Source of the DNA: Candidatus Eremiobacteria bacterium
GTDB taxonomy: Bacteria; Vulcanimicrobiota; Vulcanimicrobiia; Vulcanimicrobiales; Vulcanimicrobiaceae
Assembly (NCBI GenBank): GCA_963758295.1
Contig: CAVWUU010000001.1
Span: 640,001-704,000, forward strand
DNA: 64,000 bases
Reading direction: 5' to 3'
A model generated the notes under the pieces. It worked only from the letters and a program-made list of their open reading frames with translations. It was not told where the DNA came from and made no database searches. Each line of letters opens with the position of its first letter. Position 1 is the first letter of the stretch. Positions 1 to 9,537 of this stretch are shown here, piece after piece. Position numbers and translations under genes: made by a program.

Positions 1-1050
1 TAAGAACTCGCCGCGCTCGGAGATACCCGGCAGCGCATCTACTGCGGTACCAAACTTTCCCGGCAGAAGTGCGCGGAGATCGGCAACCCGTCCCTTCCGA
101 TAAACAAACACGGTGTCGTTGCAGATCGAGCCGGCGCAACCACTGGTGCCGACAGTCTCTCCGCGATCGTTCAGCCCGAACGGCATGGTTGAATTGTAGC
201 CCGGAAGAGCGGGAATCATCGTAACGCTGCGGCCGATTTCGATAAAGCCGTTCCAACGATTGAAGTCGTTCTCTTGTTCATTTACCGGATCGACGTAGCC
301 CGTCACAGCACCGGCATCATTGATCCATGTCGCTGCCGATGCGCGCTGTCCGAAAAGCGACGTTACGGTAAGTCCGGCGCCCACGCCCGCATACGGTCCA
401 ATCGGCGGGCTGATGACTTGCTCGACTGCGAACTGCCCACGCGCATTGATGTTGCCGATGGTGCCTCCCACACCTAAACCGCCTGCGGTCACACGGGCCG
501 GCGGCGCCGATACGAAATAACGCACGAGCGGACTTCCACCAAGATCGTCCGGAAAATCCGAAAAACCGTAGATCGTTCCGCGCTCATCGATGACGAGCGC
601 CTTGTTGACAATATGACGGTTGACGAGAAGTGTTCCTGGTGGATCCGGCAGATGCCCCAAATCGAAGATCCGGCCGCTCGCAAAAAGCAATGCCGTCGAA
701 TAAACCTGATCGGCGCTCACCGCATACCCGACTGCATCGCCCCGCGGGTTCGCGAATAGCGCAACGGATTGCCGCCCCTGGAACGTTCCAAGCAGCTCGA
801 TCGCTCCGTGGCGGTAAAGCGCCGCGACGCCGTTTGCACTGCCGGGAACGGTGCCGTCTTTCATGATTGCCGACGGGACGAACGTTGGGGGCAGTTTCTG
901 CGCAAAGTATTCAGAGCGGACCGGAGCTAGCGCCACGGCCTCCGCTTCTCGCACGTGGACGGCGGGAAGCGTCGCGACGCTGCTTCCTCCGCACCCCGCA
1001 GGCAACAACGCCGACAGGCAACAGGCAACGCCACAAAACCAATTCCGCAT
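1..1050 (-). CDS. Secreted lipoprotein with HAF-like extracellular repeats (runs off window start)
   Basis: Manual translation from ATG at 1050: MRNWFCGVACCLSALLPAGCGG (lipobox-like), repeats INARGQFA / INDAGAVTG / LNDRGETVG. No stop before base 1, so absent from the ORF track. Confidence 0.7.
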   Translation of the reverse strand, partial: MRNWFCGVACCLSALLPAGCGGSSVATLPAVHVREAEAVALAPVRSEYFAQKLPPTFVPSAIMKDGTVPGSANGVAALYRHGAIELLGTFQGRQSVALFANPRGDAVGYAVSADQVYSTALLFASGRIFDLGHLPDPPGTLLVNRHIVNKALVIDERGTIYGFSDFPDDLGGSPLVRYFVSAPPARVTAGGLGVGGTIGNINARGQFAVEQVISPPIGPYAGVGAGLTVTSLFGQRASAATWINDAGAVTGYVDPVNEQENDFNRWNGFIEIGRSVTMIPALPGYNSTMPFGLNDRGETVGTSGCAGSICNDTVFVYRKGRVADLRALLPGKFGTAVDALPGISERGEFL

Positions 1051-1301
1051 CTCGTCTCTCCCGCAAGACTACAATGAATAGCGTCGCACTCGTTGGGTGA
1101 AAACAGCGAGAGTAGAAGGACCTGCGTTCCCCCATACTTTCGGAATTCAAGCCAGGGCAGCGGCCTAGGAAGCGTCCGCGATCCGCACGTGCGAACGTAC
1201 AAGTCCAGGCACTATGCGAGGGCGGCGCTTTGCCTGCGGTGTGAAAAGTACGCCGGCGCAAATCGAGGGGAATCCAGCGGGAAGCGGGGATAGGAAACGT
1301 C

Positions 1302-1991
1302 GTGATACCGGTGGCGCAAATCTTTTTGCTAGCTCAAAGCGTCTGGAACGCACGGGCCGTCGCGCCGTACGAATCGTTCACGCTTCCCTGCGCGCAAACG
1401 TTTCTAGCGAACCGTTGTGAACCGGGGACGGAGGTGCGATTCGTCGTCCGCATGTCGGACGGCAAGGACGCGGTGTTCACCGTTCCGGCGCCCGGCGTCG
1501 CCGCTGTCACGCTAGAACGCGGCGGTTATATCTTCGGTCCAGCCGGTGCTCCCTTCGGATTTTATCGCGCCTCGGCCGTCGCCAGCGCGCCCGCGCCTTC
1601 GCCGCCCCCGAATCTTGCCGAAGATCCCATGCAAACAATTGCGACCGTCACGGCAGTCGATCGAGCGTATGACATTCGGTTCGCGGGGACCGTGACTGTA
1701 GACGCGCGCCCTTGCTACCATTTGGTGCTGCGCCCGCTGCGCGATCCGGGCCGCTTTCGACTACGCGAACTGTGGATTGAAGAAGGGACGTATCAAGTCG
1801 TCCGGCTCACGTACGAACAACCGTTCAACTCTACGACAGCGACCGTGCATTATGATTTCGCGCCGGCCGGAAAAGCCAATGTTTGGACGATCGTGCACAT
1901 TGATGCGGAAGCCAAACACGAAGAACCGGTTTCCGAAGACTTGCAAAACATTCAATTTTCGGACAAAGCCGAACCGGGCGAAGACCCGTAA
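1302..1991 (+). CDS. Hypothetical protein, C-terminal half LolA/lipoprotein-sorting-like
   Basis: 229-aa ORF; pattern Y..G...VDARPCYHLVL.P......LRELWI resembles LolA-like folds. Confidence 0.55.
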   Translation: MIPVAQIFLLAQSVWNARAVAPYESFTLPCAQTFLANRCEPGTEVRFVVRMSDGKDAVFTVPAPGVAAVTLERGGYIFGPAGAPFGFYRASAVASAPAPSPPPNLAEDPMQTIATVTAVDRAYDIRFAGTVTVDARPCYHLVLRPLRDPGRFRLRELWIEEGTYQVVRLTYEQPFNSTTATVHYDFAPAGKANVWTIVHIDAEAKHEEPVSEDLQNIQFSDKAEPGEDP

Positions 1992-2121
1992 GGGCCGACC
2001 TTTCTCAGCTCTTTTCTGAAACGGCGACTCAAGTCACCGACCGAAAAACCAGCTTTCTCGATTCCGTCAGGAAGCGAACGCTCATCAGGGGAGAGCTCCC
2101 GCCGGCTCCGTACTATAGTTT

Positions 2122-4173
2122 ATGCTCTTTACGAAATCGACCGCATTGCGCTTTAGCGCAGTGGTCGCTGCCGTTGCGTTGTTGTTTACTGACGGCTCGG
2201 TTCGTGCCGCCGTAACGAATGCCACCAGCGGCATCGACCTGAGTTCCCTCGACCGCACCTGTAAGCCGTGCACGGATTTCTTCCAGTACGCCAATGGCGG
2301 CTGGATCAAAAAGAACCCGATTCCGGCGGCTTATTCGCGCTGGGGGTCGTTCAACGTCCTCTATAACCACAACAACGATGTGCTGCATTCCATCTTGAAT
2401 CAAGCCGTCGAAGCCAAAGCTGCGCCGGGTTCCGATCAGCAGAAGATCGGCGACTACTATGCAAGTTGCATGGATACGGCTTCGATCGAGAAAGCCGGCA
2501 CCGAACCGCTGAACGAAATGTTCGAGTCGATCGACTCCATTCGCGACGTGAAGGGTCTTGCACCGGTACTCGCATCGCTGCAATTGCACGGCGTTAATGC
2601 GTTCTTCGGATTGGGCTCGAGCCCCGATCTCAAGAATAGCGATCTGGAAATCGCCTGGCTGCGGCAGGGCGGTTTGGGCATGCCGGATCGCGACTACTAC
2701 TTGAAGAGCGATGCGAAGAGCCAGGCGATCCAAAAAGCCTATGTGGGTCACGTAACGCAGATGTTCACGCTCCTTGGCGAGCCCGCGACGCAAGCATCGG
2801 CGGATGCGCAAACGGTGCTGAACATGGAGACTACGCTCGCGAAGAACGAGATGTCGCGCATAGAGCAGCGCAATCCCGAAGCGATCTACCATAAGATGAA
2901 CGTTAGCGGCGTGGAGGCCCTGGCGCCAAACATCGACTGGGATTCCTATTTCAGCACGTCCGGTGTGAGCCCCGACGCAATCAGCGTTGCGCAGCCGGAG
3001 TACTTCAAGGCATTGAACGCGAGCCTTTCGACGTGGACGACGGCGCAAATCCAAACGTACCTGCGTTGGCAGACGGTTCATGCATTTGCGACGGCGCTTC
3101 CGCAGCCGTTCGTCGATGCGAACTTTGCGTTCTACTCGTCGACGCTCTCCGGCACGACGCAGCAACTCGACCGCTGGAAGCGTTGCGTGAGCTCAACCGA
3201 TGCACAGCTCGGTGAGGCGCTTGGCCAGGCGTACGTCGCGAAGGCCTTCCCGCCGTCGGCCAAAGCGCGTGCGCTCGAACTGGTCAAGTACGTGAAGAGC
3301 ACGCTGCGCAGCGATATTCCCACACTTACGTGGATGTCGTCCGGAACAAAGGCCAAGGCAGTCGAGAAGCTTGATGCATTTGGCATCAAGATCGGCTATC
3401 CCGATCACTGGCGCGACTACAGCAGTTTGACGATCTCGCAAGGTCCATACGCGAACAACGTGATCGCAGCCAATCAATTTGCGGTGCGTTATCGCTACGA
3501 TAAGATCGGAAAGCCGGTTGACCGCAGTGAATGGGGCATGACGCCGCCGACCGTCAACGCGTATTATAGCCCGCAGGAAAACGACATCAACTTCCCCGCC
3601 GGCATTCTGCAGCCGCCGTTCTTCGATCCGAAGGCGGACATGGCGGTCAACTTCGGGGCGATCGGCGCCGTTATCGGACACGAGTCGACTCACGGCTTCG
3701 ATGATGAAGGCCGCAAGTTCGATAAGGACGGTAACCTTACCGATTGGTGGACACCGGCCGATGCTGCGAACTTCGACAAGCGCGCCAATTGCATCGTCGA
3801 TCAATTCGATGCACTCTCACCTGCACCAGGCGTCCACGAGCAGGGCAAGCTCGTCGAAGGCGAAGCGATTGCGGATCTCGGCGGCTTAACGATTGCATAT
3901 AAGGCGTTCGAACGCTGGCAATCCTCGCATCCGCGTCAGACGATCGACGGCTTCACACCGGAACAACGGTTCTTTTTGGGCTACGCCCGCGTTTGGGCCG
4001 GAACGCAACGTCCGCAAGAAGCGGCACTGCGCGCAACGGTCGATCCGCATCCTTACGATAAGTTCCGCGTGAATGCGACGCTGTCGAACATGCCGGAATT
4101 TGCCAAAGCATGGCGCTGCAAACTTCCCGAAGCAATGGTGCGCCCCGCCAAGGACCGCTGCCAAATCTGGTAG
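2122..4173 (+). CDS. M13 family (neprilysin/PepO-like) zinc metallopeptidase, secreted
   Basis: 683 aa; signal peptide, PCTDFFQYANGGW, VNAYY, HESTHGFD (HExxH), GEAIADLGG. Confidence 0.95.
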   Translation: MLFTKSTALRFSAVVAAVALLFTDGSVRAAVTNATSGIDLSSLDRTCKPCTDFFQYANGGWIKKNPIPAAYSRWGSFNVLYNHNNDVLHSILNQAVEAKAAPGSDQQKIGDYYASCMDTASIEKAGTEPLNEMFESIDSIRDVKGLAPVLASLQLHGVNAFFGLGSSPDLKNSDLEIAWLRQGGLGMPDRDYYLKSDAKSQAIQKAYVGHVTQMFTLLGEPATQASADAQTVLNMETTLAKNEMSRIEQRNPEAIYHKMNVSGVEALAPNIDWDSYFSTSGVSPDAISVAQPEYFKALNASLSTWTTAQIQTYLRWQTVHAFATALPQPFVDANFAFYSSTLSGTTQQLDRWKRCVSSTDAQLGEALGQAYVAKAFPPSAKARALELVKYVKSTLRSDIPTLTWMSSGTKAKAVEKLDAFGIKIGYPDHWRDYSSLTISQGPYANNVIAANQFAVRYRYDKIGKPVDRSEWGMTPPTVNAYYSPQENDINFPAGILQPPFFDPKADMAVNFGAIGAVIGHESTHGFDDEGRKFDKDGNLTDWWTPADAANFDKRANCIVDQFDALSPAPGVHEQGKLVEGEAIADLGGLTIAYKAFERWQSSHPRQTIDGFTPEQRFFLGYARVWAGTQRPQEAALRATVDPHPYDKFRVNATLSNMPEFAKAWRCKLPEAMVRPAKDRCQIW

Positions 4174-4192
4174 CCCGGCCATGCGCATAACG

Positions 4193-4226
4193 AAAACCCG
4201 CGTCGCTAGTTTGCGACGCGGGTTTT
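4193..4226. terminator. Bidirectional intrinsic terminator
   Basis: AAAA-CCCGCGTCGC-tagttt-GCGACGCGGG-TTTT between convergent genes. Confidence 0.85.
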
Positions 4227-4234
4227 ACTTCTTG

Positions 4235-4591
4235 TTATGGCAGCTCGTCATCTTCGAGACCGAAGTAGTGGCCGATCTCGTGGATGACCGTCTCGTGAAT
4301 ATCTTGTATGGCCTCCTCGCGCGTCCGCGCGATACGGTTCACCGGACCACGAAAGATTGCGATTTCGTCGGGAAGCAGTGGCGGCTCGTTCATCCGCTCG
4401 ATAAGCGACACGCCGCGATAGATTCCGACGAGTTCTTCACCATCGTCTTCCAGGCTTTCGAGATCGCTCTTATCCGGCTCTTCTTCTATAAGGACGACGA
4501 CGTTCCGAATCAGATCCGTAAACTGCTTCGGGAGCGTGTCGAGCGCATCGCCAACGATTTCTTCGAATTCTTCTCGCGAAAATTCAGTCAT
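4235..4591 (-). CDS. Zincin-like minimal metallopeptidase (Zincin_1 family), intact copy
   Basis: LVGIYRGV, PDEIAIFRGP, TVIHEIGHYFG (HExxH). Confidence 0.88.
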   Translation of the reverse strand: MTEFSREEFEEIVGDALDTLPKQFTDLIRNVVVLIEEEPDKSDLESLEDDGEELVGIYRGVSLIERMNEPPLLPDEIAIFRGPVNRIARTREEAIQDIHETVIHEIGHYFGLEDDELP

Positions 4592-4665
4592 GTGTTGTAA
4601 ATCTTTCCGAGGCGCAAAGAATCTCCAGCCGCGTTGACCGCTGCGTTTCGAGAAGCGGTTTTTCT

Positions 4666-5043
4666 ATGCCCTGGGACGCTCTCGCCGCAATCGGCTCCGT
4701 CGCTGGAGCGTTGGTTTTCCTCGTCGGCTCAATTGCAGCCGTTATCCAGATCAAGCATCTGCGTGTCGCGAGTCAGCTGGACTGCTATTTCGAGCTCATG
4801 GAAAAGCTGCATTCGCCGGAAATAGTTGAGCGGCGGAAATATATCCAAACCATCGACCTTACAGACTCTCAGGCGCTAAAACAGTATCTGGCGTATAGGC
4901 GACCGCACGATCCGACAATTGCAAAAGTCTTGGAAGAGTATCCCAAGGACTTCATCGCAGCCGCCGGTTTCGCGAACATAACCGCCGCGCCGGTCGTTAC
5001 GGGTGGGACATCGCGACCGTCATGCCGGCATTTCTTCGTGTGA
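4666..5043 (+). CDS. Hypothetical membrane-anchored protein, possibly degenerate at C-terminus
   Basis: N-terminal TM helix followed by AAVIQIKHLRVASQL. Confidence 0.5.
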   Translation: MPWDALAAIGSVAGALVFLVGSIAAVIQIKHLRVASQLDCYFELMEKLHSPEIVERRKYIQTIDLTDSQALKQYLAYRRPHDPTIAKVLEEYPKDFIAAAGFANITAAPVVTGGTSRPSCRHFFV

Positions 5044-5349
5044 AGTGCGCCACGCGCATGCGGCATTTCCATCGAAGAGCCGACCCGACGCCCTTACTGC
5101 ATGTTGCAATTGGATGCAAGCGACCCCGACGGCTATTCTTTAGCGTTCTTGCAACCGGATAAGGGATCGCCAAAATAGCGGGCTGGAGACGTTAGACGGC
5201 GCGCCCAGTGTAACAACTGAGCGCGCCAAAGGCTTCTAGTTACGTGCGAGCGCCGAGTACCGGTAATATTCTAACCACTGCGTTATGGACGCACAGCGCT
5301 TCGGCGTCGCGACGACGCGACGATTTGTTATCACTTGTGCACCCGCCCG

Positions 5350-5736
5350 CTAGTTAACCGAGATCTTTTTGGGTTGCGCCGCAGGGTGACGCTCAAGCGT
5401 AATGCTCAACATGCCGTCCGCTACGGTGGCATTGATCTTGTCCGGATCGACGTCTTCAGGGATGTTAAAGGCCCGGGAGAACGTACGTCGATCGGTCTTG
5501 CCGTTCACCGAAATGATGCCGTCTTTGAGCGTCATGTCGATGCTGGAGGCGTTGAAGCCAGGAACCGGCACATCGACCATGTAGCCGCTTTCGGTGCGGG
5601 TGACTTCAAATCCGTAGTCCCAGTTGCGCATCACGCTTTGCAATGGATCGAAGCCGAACAGGCTTTGGAGGGGAGACCAGCCGCCCGGCTGGCGTGAAAC
5701 TGCATTGTCGTGGCCGTTTCGTACGAGTGTGGTCAT
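5350..5736 (-). CDS. Small heat shock protein Hsp20/alpha-crystallin
   Basis: DVPVPGF, FSRAFNIPEDVDPDKINATVADGMLSITL, C-terminal PKKISV; SD GAAAGGAG upstream. Confidence 0.92.
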   Translation of the reverse strand: MTTLVRNGHDNAVSRQPGGWSPLQSLFGFDPLQSVMRNWDYGFEVTRTESGYMVDVPVPGFNASSIDMTLKDGIISVNGKTDRRTFSRAFNIPEDVDPDKINATVADGMLSITLERHPAAQPKKISVN

Positions 5737-5789
5737 GGGTCGGAATCGCTCCTTTCAAGGTGTGGGTGATCAGCACTCTTACGAGGATC

Positions 5790-5828
5790 ATTTTAGAAAA
5801 ATTGGCACTCTTGTCAAGAGACTGCTAG
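5790..5828 (-). promoter_or_regulatory. CIRCE (HrcA operator) overlapping sigma70 promoter of hsp20
   Basis: TTGGCACTC-N9-GACTGCTAG (5802-5828) vs consensus TTAGCACTC-N9-GAGTGCTAA; on the minus strand TTGACA (5817-5812), 16 bp, TAAAAT (5795-5790). Confidence 0.8.
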
Positions 5829-6145
5829 GCCAGCGGGAAGCAAGTAAGCACAGGCTTCAGAATCACTCGTTAGTCGTCGCGTAAGGCAGCCAGCCGGGTG
5901 CCTGTGGGCGCTTATCATAGCTCGGCAGGTAGAAGCGGGCGCTGGCCGATCCAACTGCGCACCTCCGGCCGTCAGACCGAGCCCAGCCGACCAGCGAATC
6001 AGCCGACGGGAGTCCGAGGAAACGAGATAAAGAAGCTCGTGCGCGTATCGTCGTATGTTCGCGCCATTCTCGAGGATGCGCGCCGTCGACGATGTGTTAA
6101 ACATGGCAAGGATGCGAGAAACTATGAACGGACAAGTGCTACCAC

Positions 6146-6485
6146 ATGCCACTTGAGATGGGCCTCGGAAGATTGCAAATGGCAACGGCCTCGCGAAGCT
6201 CGCAAAGACCAGGCTCGAGAGCGAGGAGCTGCTCGAAACGTGGATCCGATGCTGAGCTTCTGCCAAGATCTACTAATTATCGGGCGTCAAGTTAGAACGG
6301 CTCATCGCGGCATCATCGATCTCCTTGCGGTTGACTTCTTCGGAACCGTACACATCATTGAATTGAAACGCGACGAAACGCCGCGTGAAGTCGTCGCACA
6401 AGCGCTCGATTACGCGAGCTGGGTGGTGGGCCTGGAGAGCGAGGATCTGAACGAGAAGAGACTCAAGTACCGATCGACGATCTAA
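6146..6485 (+). pseudogene. Frameshifted, truncated NucS/DUF91-like PD-(D/E)xK endonuclease
   Basis: Stitched: MPLEMGL(W)KI...LESEELLETWI / DLLIIGRQV...IDLLAVD...IIELKRDETPREVVAQALDYASWV, then premature end. Confidence 0.7.
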
Positions 6486-6524
6486 ACAGCAGATTTAAAG
6501 TACAGCGAATGATGTGAGACGTCT

Positions 6525-7034
6525 TCATTGCGACTGCGCCGGAACGGTGAAGCGAACGCTTCGGAAAGGACTTGTCGTACTGCACGTTGCGCACTGGACG
6601 AGGACTTTGACCGGTACAAACGATTTGTCTACGAGGAACATGGCGACTTGCCGCGCCGCTGCTCCTTGTTGAATATTTAGATTCGCGTTGGTAATTTCGC
6701 TCGACGGGACTTGAACGCTGACATCGTCCTTGTCCGCTAACGTGTAGTTCACTAGGTCAATGAACGGCGTGTGCAGCCCGTTTCGCAATAGAATGGTCAT
6801 CACGAGGACCTTCTGGTCCGGCGAGGGAGCCAGCCGGCTCGGGTTGTCGTCTGCGGTCGCTTCGCGAAGCTCCGCGATCTTTATGCGAAGCGCGCCGTTG
6901 AAGACTGTGTCGCCCACCTTTCCCGAAACTGCGCGCACTTGGTTTGCGCCGCCCGGAATCGGCGTCGCAGCACGTACGCCGCCGATGCATAGCGTGACGA
7001 GTGCGACACATAGAAGGCCGTTATGACGAAACAT
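6525..7034 (-). CDS. Hypothetical secreted protein (Ig-like/DUF4352-like)
   Basis: Start ATG 7034, MFRHNGLLCVALVTLCIGGVRA signal peptide; beta-rich body. Confidence 0.65.
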   Translation of the reverse strand: MFRHNGLLCVALVTLCIGGVRAATPIPGGANQVRAVSGKVGDTVFNGALRIKIAELREATADDNPSRLAPSPDQKVLVMTILLRNGLHTPFIDLVNYTLADKDDVSVQVPSSEITNANLNIQQGAAARQVAMFLVDKSFVPVKVLVQCATCSTTSPFRSVRFTVPAQSQ

Positions 7035-7343
7035 TGCAGTTCTCCATCGAAGAGTTTGATGAAGTTTCAGGGGCGTGGATTGAACGGATAGCTGACGTGA
7101 ATCGACCAGGTCGCGCGCATTCGTGACGAACAATCGTCTACCGATGCCCACTTCGTCGATCGAACCCCGCCAATCGTTTTGACCGCTGCCCCATAAGGTG
7201 CTCGTCGAGCTGAACGCCCGATGCCCTTATCCTACGACTATTGCGGCGATTCGTCTGAAGCCCTATGGACAGAGTACGCGGTACAGCGTTCGCTTGCGAG
7301 CGACCGAATGCTCTCCCGGCGAATAACGATCGCCTAGTTCGCG

Positions 7344-7689
7344 TTATGGCAACTCGTCGTCTTCTAGACCGAAATAGTGGCCGATCTCGTGAATAACGGT
7401 GTCATGAATCTCTCGCACCGCTTCGTCGCGCGTGCGCGCGACCCGGCTTACCGCGGAAGATCGCAATTTCGTCGGGCATCAACGGTGGTTCGTTCATTCG
7501 TTCGATAAGCGAAACGCCACGAAAGATGCCCACAAGCTCTTCGCTATCGTCTTCAATACTCTCGAGATCCTCGTCACTCGGCTCGTCTTCAATGGTGACG
7601 ACGACATTATCGAGGAACGGGGCGAATCGCTCCGAGATCGTATCGAGCGGGTCGCTTACAATCCTTTCGAACTCTTCTCGCGAGATCAA
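7344..7689 (-). pseudogene. Second zincin-like metallopeptidase copy with frameshift
   Basis: Paralog of 4235-4591; frame breaks after IFRG (about 7450); shifted frame resumes SRVARTRDEAVREIHDTVIHEIGHYFGLEDDELP-stop at 7344. Confidence 0.8.
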
Positions 7690-8499
7690 GGTCGAGTTAC
7701 CTCACAGCCGAGAAACGCGAACGACCAACACGGAAACAAAACGGCAAATGCAAATAGGAGGCCTGAACGTTACATTCCCGACCTCCGCGTTTTTTATGTG
7801 AAGCAAACTCTGGCACGTGAAGGCAAGCGTCTTCGCTTCCGTTCACTTGGCCTTTCACGAGCCCGGTAAGGAACGCGTGTCCGTCTAGTTTCATGTCGCC
7901 TTCAACGATACCAGCAAGGAAAACTACCGAATCGGCTTCGGCTGACACGCTACCCTTGACGCACTTTTAGTGGAGCGTCTCCACCAGATTCGACCCATCC
8001 AAACCGAGAACCGATATGGTTATGGTGCAATACTCCCACAAGGCTGTCTGACAGCGGGAGGGTGTAAGGTCTGCGCAAAACGACCGCTCCGATGATGTGG
8101 TTCGCCCCGCGACTAGGCTTTGCGCGTCGGCTTTTTGTACTAGCCACGTTGCTGCTTGTGCCAACGATTGTTTTGTACGTGTGGCGGGCATTCGTGCCCC
8201 GATATTATTCTGGTCCGTTGTCCGTGCGGCTCGGCGTACTTGTAACGGACGGAACGTTAGATTTACTCGAAAGACGCACGATTTTCTAACCTTTTGCCGC
8301 GAATAGCTCCTGAAACAAGTTCTAACATCGAAAACCGCTCTCGAAAACGCGGCCTAGCTGGGAGGGGGATGACTCGCAGCAGCGGGTCCCATAGCCATGC
8401 TGTCTGGCCACGACGTCGCCTTGTCACGCCTCTCAAATCTAACGAGACGGCGGAATGCGCGAAGAGTTGGGAACGATGAGGAAAACGTGACATGTAGAA

Positions 8500-8625
8500 C
8501 GTCTCGGCATGGGTGATATTGCGTTCATCTGCCCACCGAACGAACGGCATCAGTTGCGAGTTGTAAGGCTCAATGGTTGCCTGGGTGCATCCGGCGATGC
8601 GACGGTCCAAGAGGAACATTTTCAC
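8500..8625 (-). pseudogene. Remnant of tyrosine integrase N-terminal core-binding domain
   Basis: MFLLDRRIAGCTQATIEPYNSQLMPFVRWA resembles the F L...R..G.S..TI..Y...L..F..W motif; similarity lost after about 40 aa. Confidence 0.45.
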
Positions 8626-8734
8626 CGCCGAATGAGCCCCGGGGTTGACCGCCCCTTACTTTTCAAAATCCCTGACCCCTTAGTTGAAAGAGTTGGGAAC
8701 TTTCGGGCAACTGAGCAATCCGTTTAAAAATGAA

Positions 8735-8762
8735 GAATGACCGCCATTTCTAGCGGTCATTC
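8735..8762 (-). terminator. Hairpin just downstream of the att copy
   Basis: GAATGACCGC-catttcta-GCGGTCATTC, followed by T-rich sequence on the minus strand. Confidence 0.55.
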
Positions 8763-8768
8763 TCCTAC

Positions 8769-8821
8769 TTGGTGGAGATGAGGAGACTCGAACTCCTGAC
8801 CCCTTACATGGGAAGCAAGTG
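8769..8821 (-). repeat. att site: duplicate of tRNA-Ala 3' portion
   Basis: 53-bp direct repeat of 11434-11486 with a single mismatch at 8811. Confidence 0.93.
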
Positions 8822-8870
8822 AGCCCATGAGCAAGTGCTATAATATAAGGATTTTTCAAGCCTTGTGAGG

Positions 8871-8908
8871 GGGCTAACCCGGGGGCTAATGGGCTAAAAC
8901 TGGGCTAA
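8871..8908 (+). repeat. Four GGGCTAA direct repeats (putative integrase arm sites)
   Basis: Copies at 8871, 8883, 8891, 8902; matching GGGCTAA/CGGCTAA at 11345 and 11357. Confidence 0.65.
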
Positions 8909-8934
8909 ACGCGCGCACCACGACATGCTGGGAG

Positions 8935-9537
8935 TCAACCCTGGAAACGTAGTGCGCGCAGTTCTTCTCCGCTTACGCGCCCATAGTCGAGCAGTTTCGC
9001 GTTGCTGCCAAGGTTCTCAACAAGGTGGACGGCAGCGGCATCGCCGCTTTCAGAGGCATCCAACGGATACTCTTCGACCGCATATTGGTACAAGAGAACG
9101 TCTGCATCGTATAGGACGCGCCACGTCGCCATGTCGGCATCGTCGTCGTGCCCGACCGAGACAACGTTATCCTGAATCCGAAGAAAGTTCAGGCCCCTGA
9201 AGGCGCGCAGATCGTAGAACGAACCGGTGGACACCAGCGTTGCCTTGTCGATGATGCCTATATTGATCAGGTATGACGCTTCGGTTTGCCAGGCGTGGAC
9301 CGGCGTATCGGAGCCTCCCAACGGTCGCGGGCACTTCCAAGAGTGCGACATTTGAATCAATGGGAAGGGACGATGCAAAATCAAACTTTCGAGCCAACTC
9401 TTGTCTCCAGGATGGGCGTAAGCCGCTTCGGCATCGTGCCACAGACTACGGTCGGCCGCACGGATTACTGGCCGATTATCCGGCCACTTTGGAGTAATGC
9501 GCTCCGGTTGCCAATGATGACTTCGTTCAAAGCCCAA
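8935..9537 (-). CDS. Hypothetical island cargo protein (start uncertain)
   Basis: 200-aa ORF, no recognised motif. Confidence 0.4.
   Translation of the reverse strand: MGFERSHHWQPERITPKWPDNRPVIRAADRSLWHDAEAAYAHPGDKSWLESLILHRPFPLIQMSHSWKCPRPLGGSDTPVHAWQTEASYLINIGIIDKATLVSTGSFYDLRAFRGLNFLRIQDNVVSVGHDDDADMATWRVLYDADVLLYQYAVEEYPLDASESGDAAAVHLVENLGSNAKLLDYGRVSGEELRALRFQG

Noticed and set aside
2113..3165. Long antisense and alternative-frame ORFs (here and e.g. 29964-30986, 52624-53607)
   Set aside because: Shadow ORFs expected from high-GC codon bias opposite well-supported genes.
5191..5275. GTTAGAC core plus hairpin GGCGCGCCCAGT-N6-ACTGAGCGCGCC as an integron attC site
   Set aside because: Core and inverse core are in the wrong order and there is no array or IntI. 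It is more simply a hairpin downstream of hsp20.
7697..8306. Short ORFs including a bactofilin-like fragment
   Set aside because: Too short and fragmentary to support a call.
8769..8821. Second tRNA gene
   Set aside because: Lacks the 5' acceptor strand and most of the D arm; it is an att duplicate.
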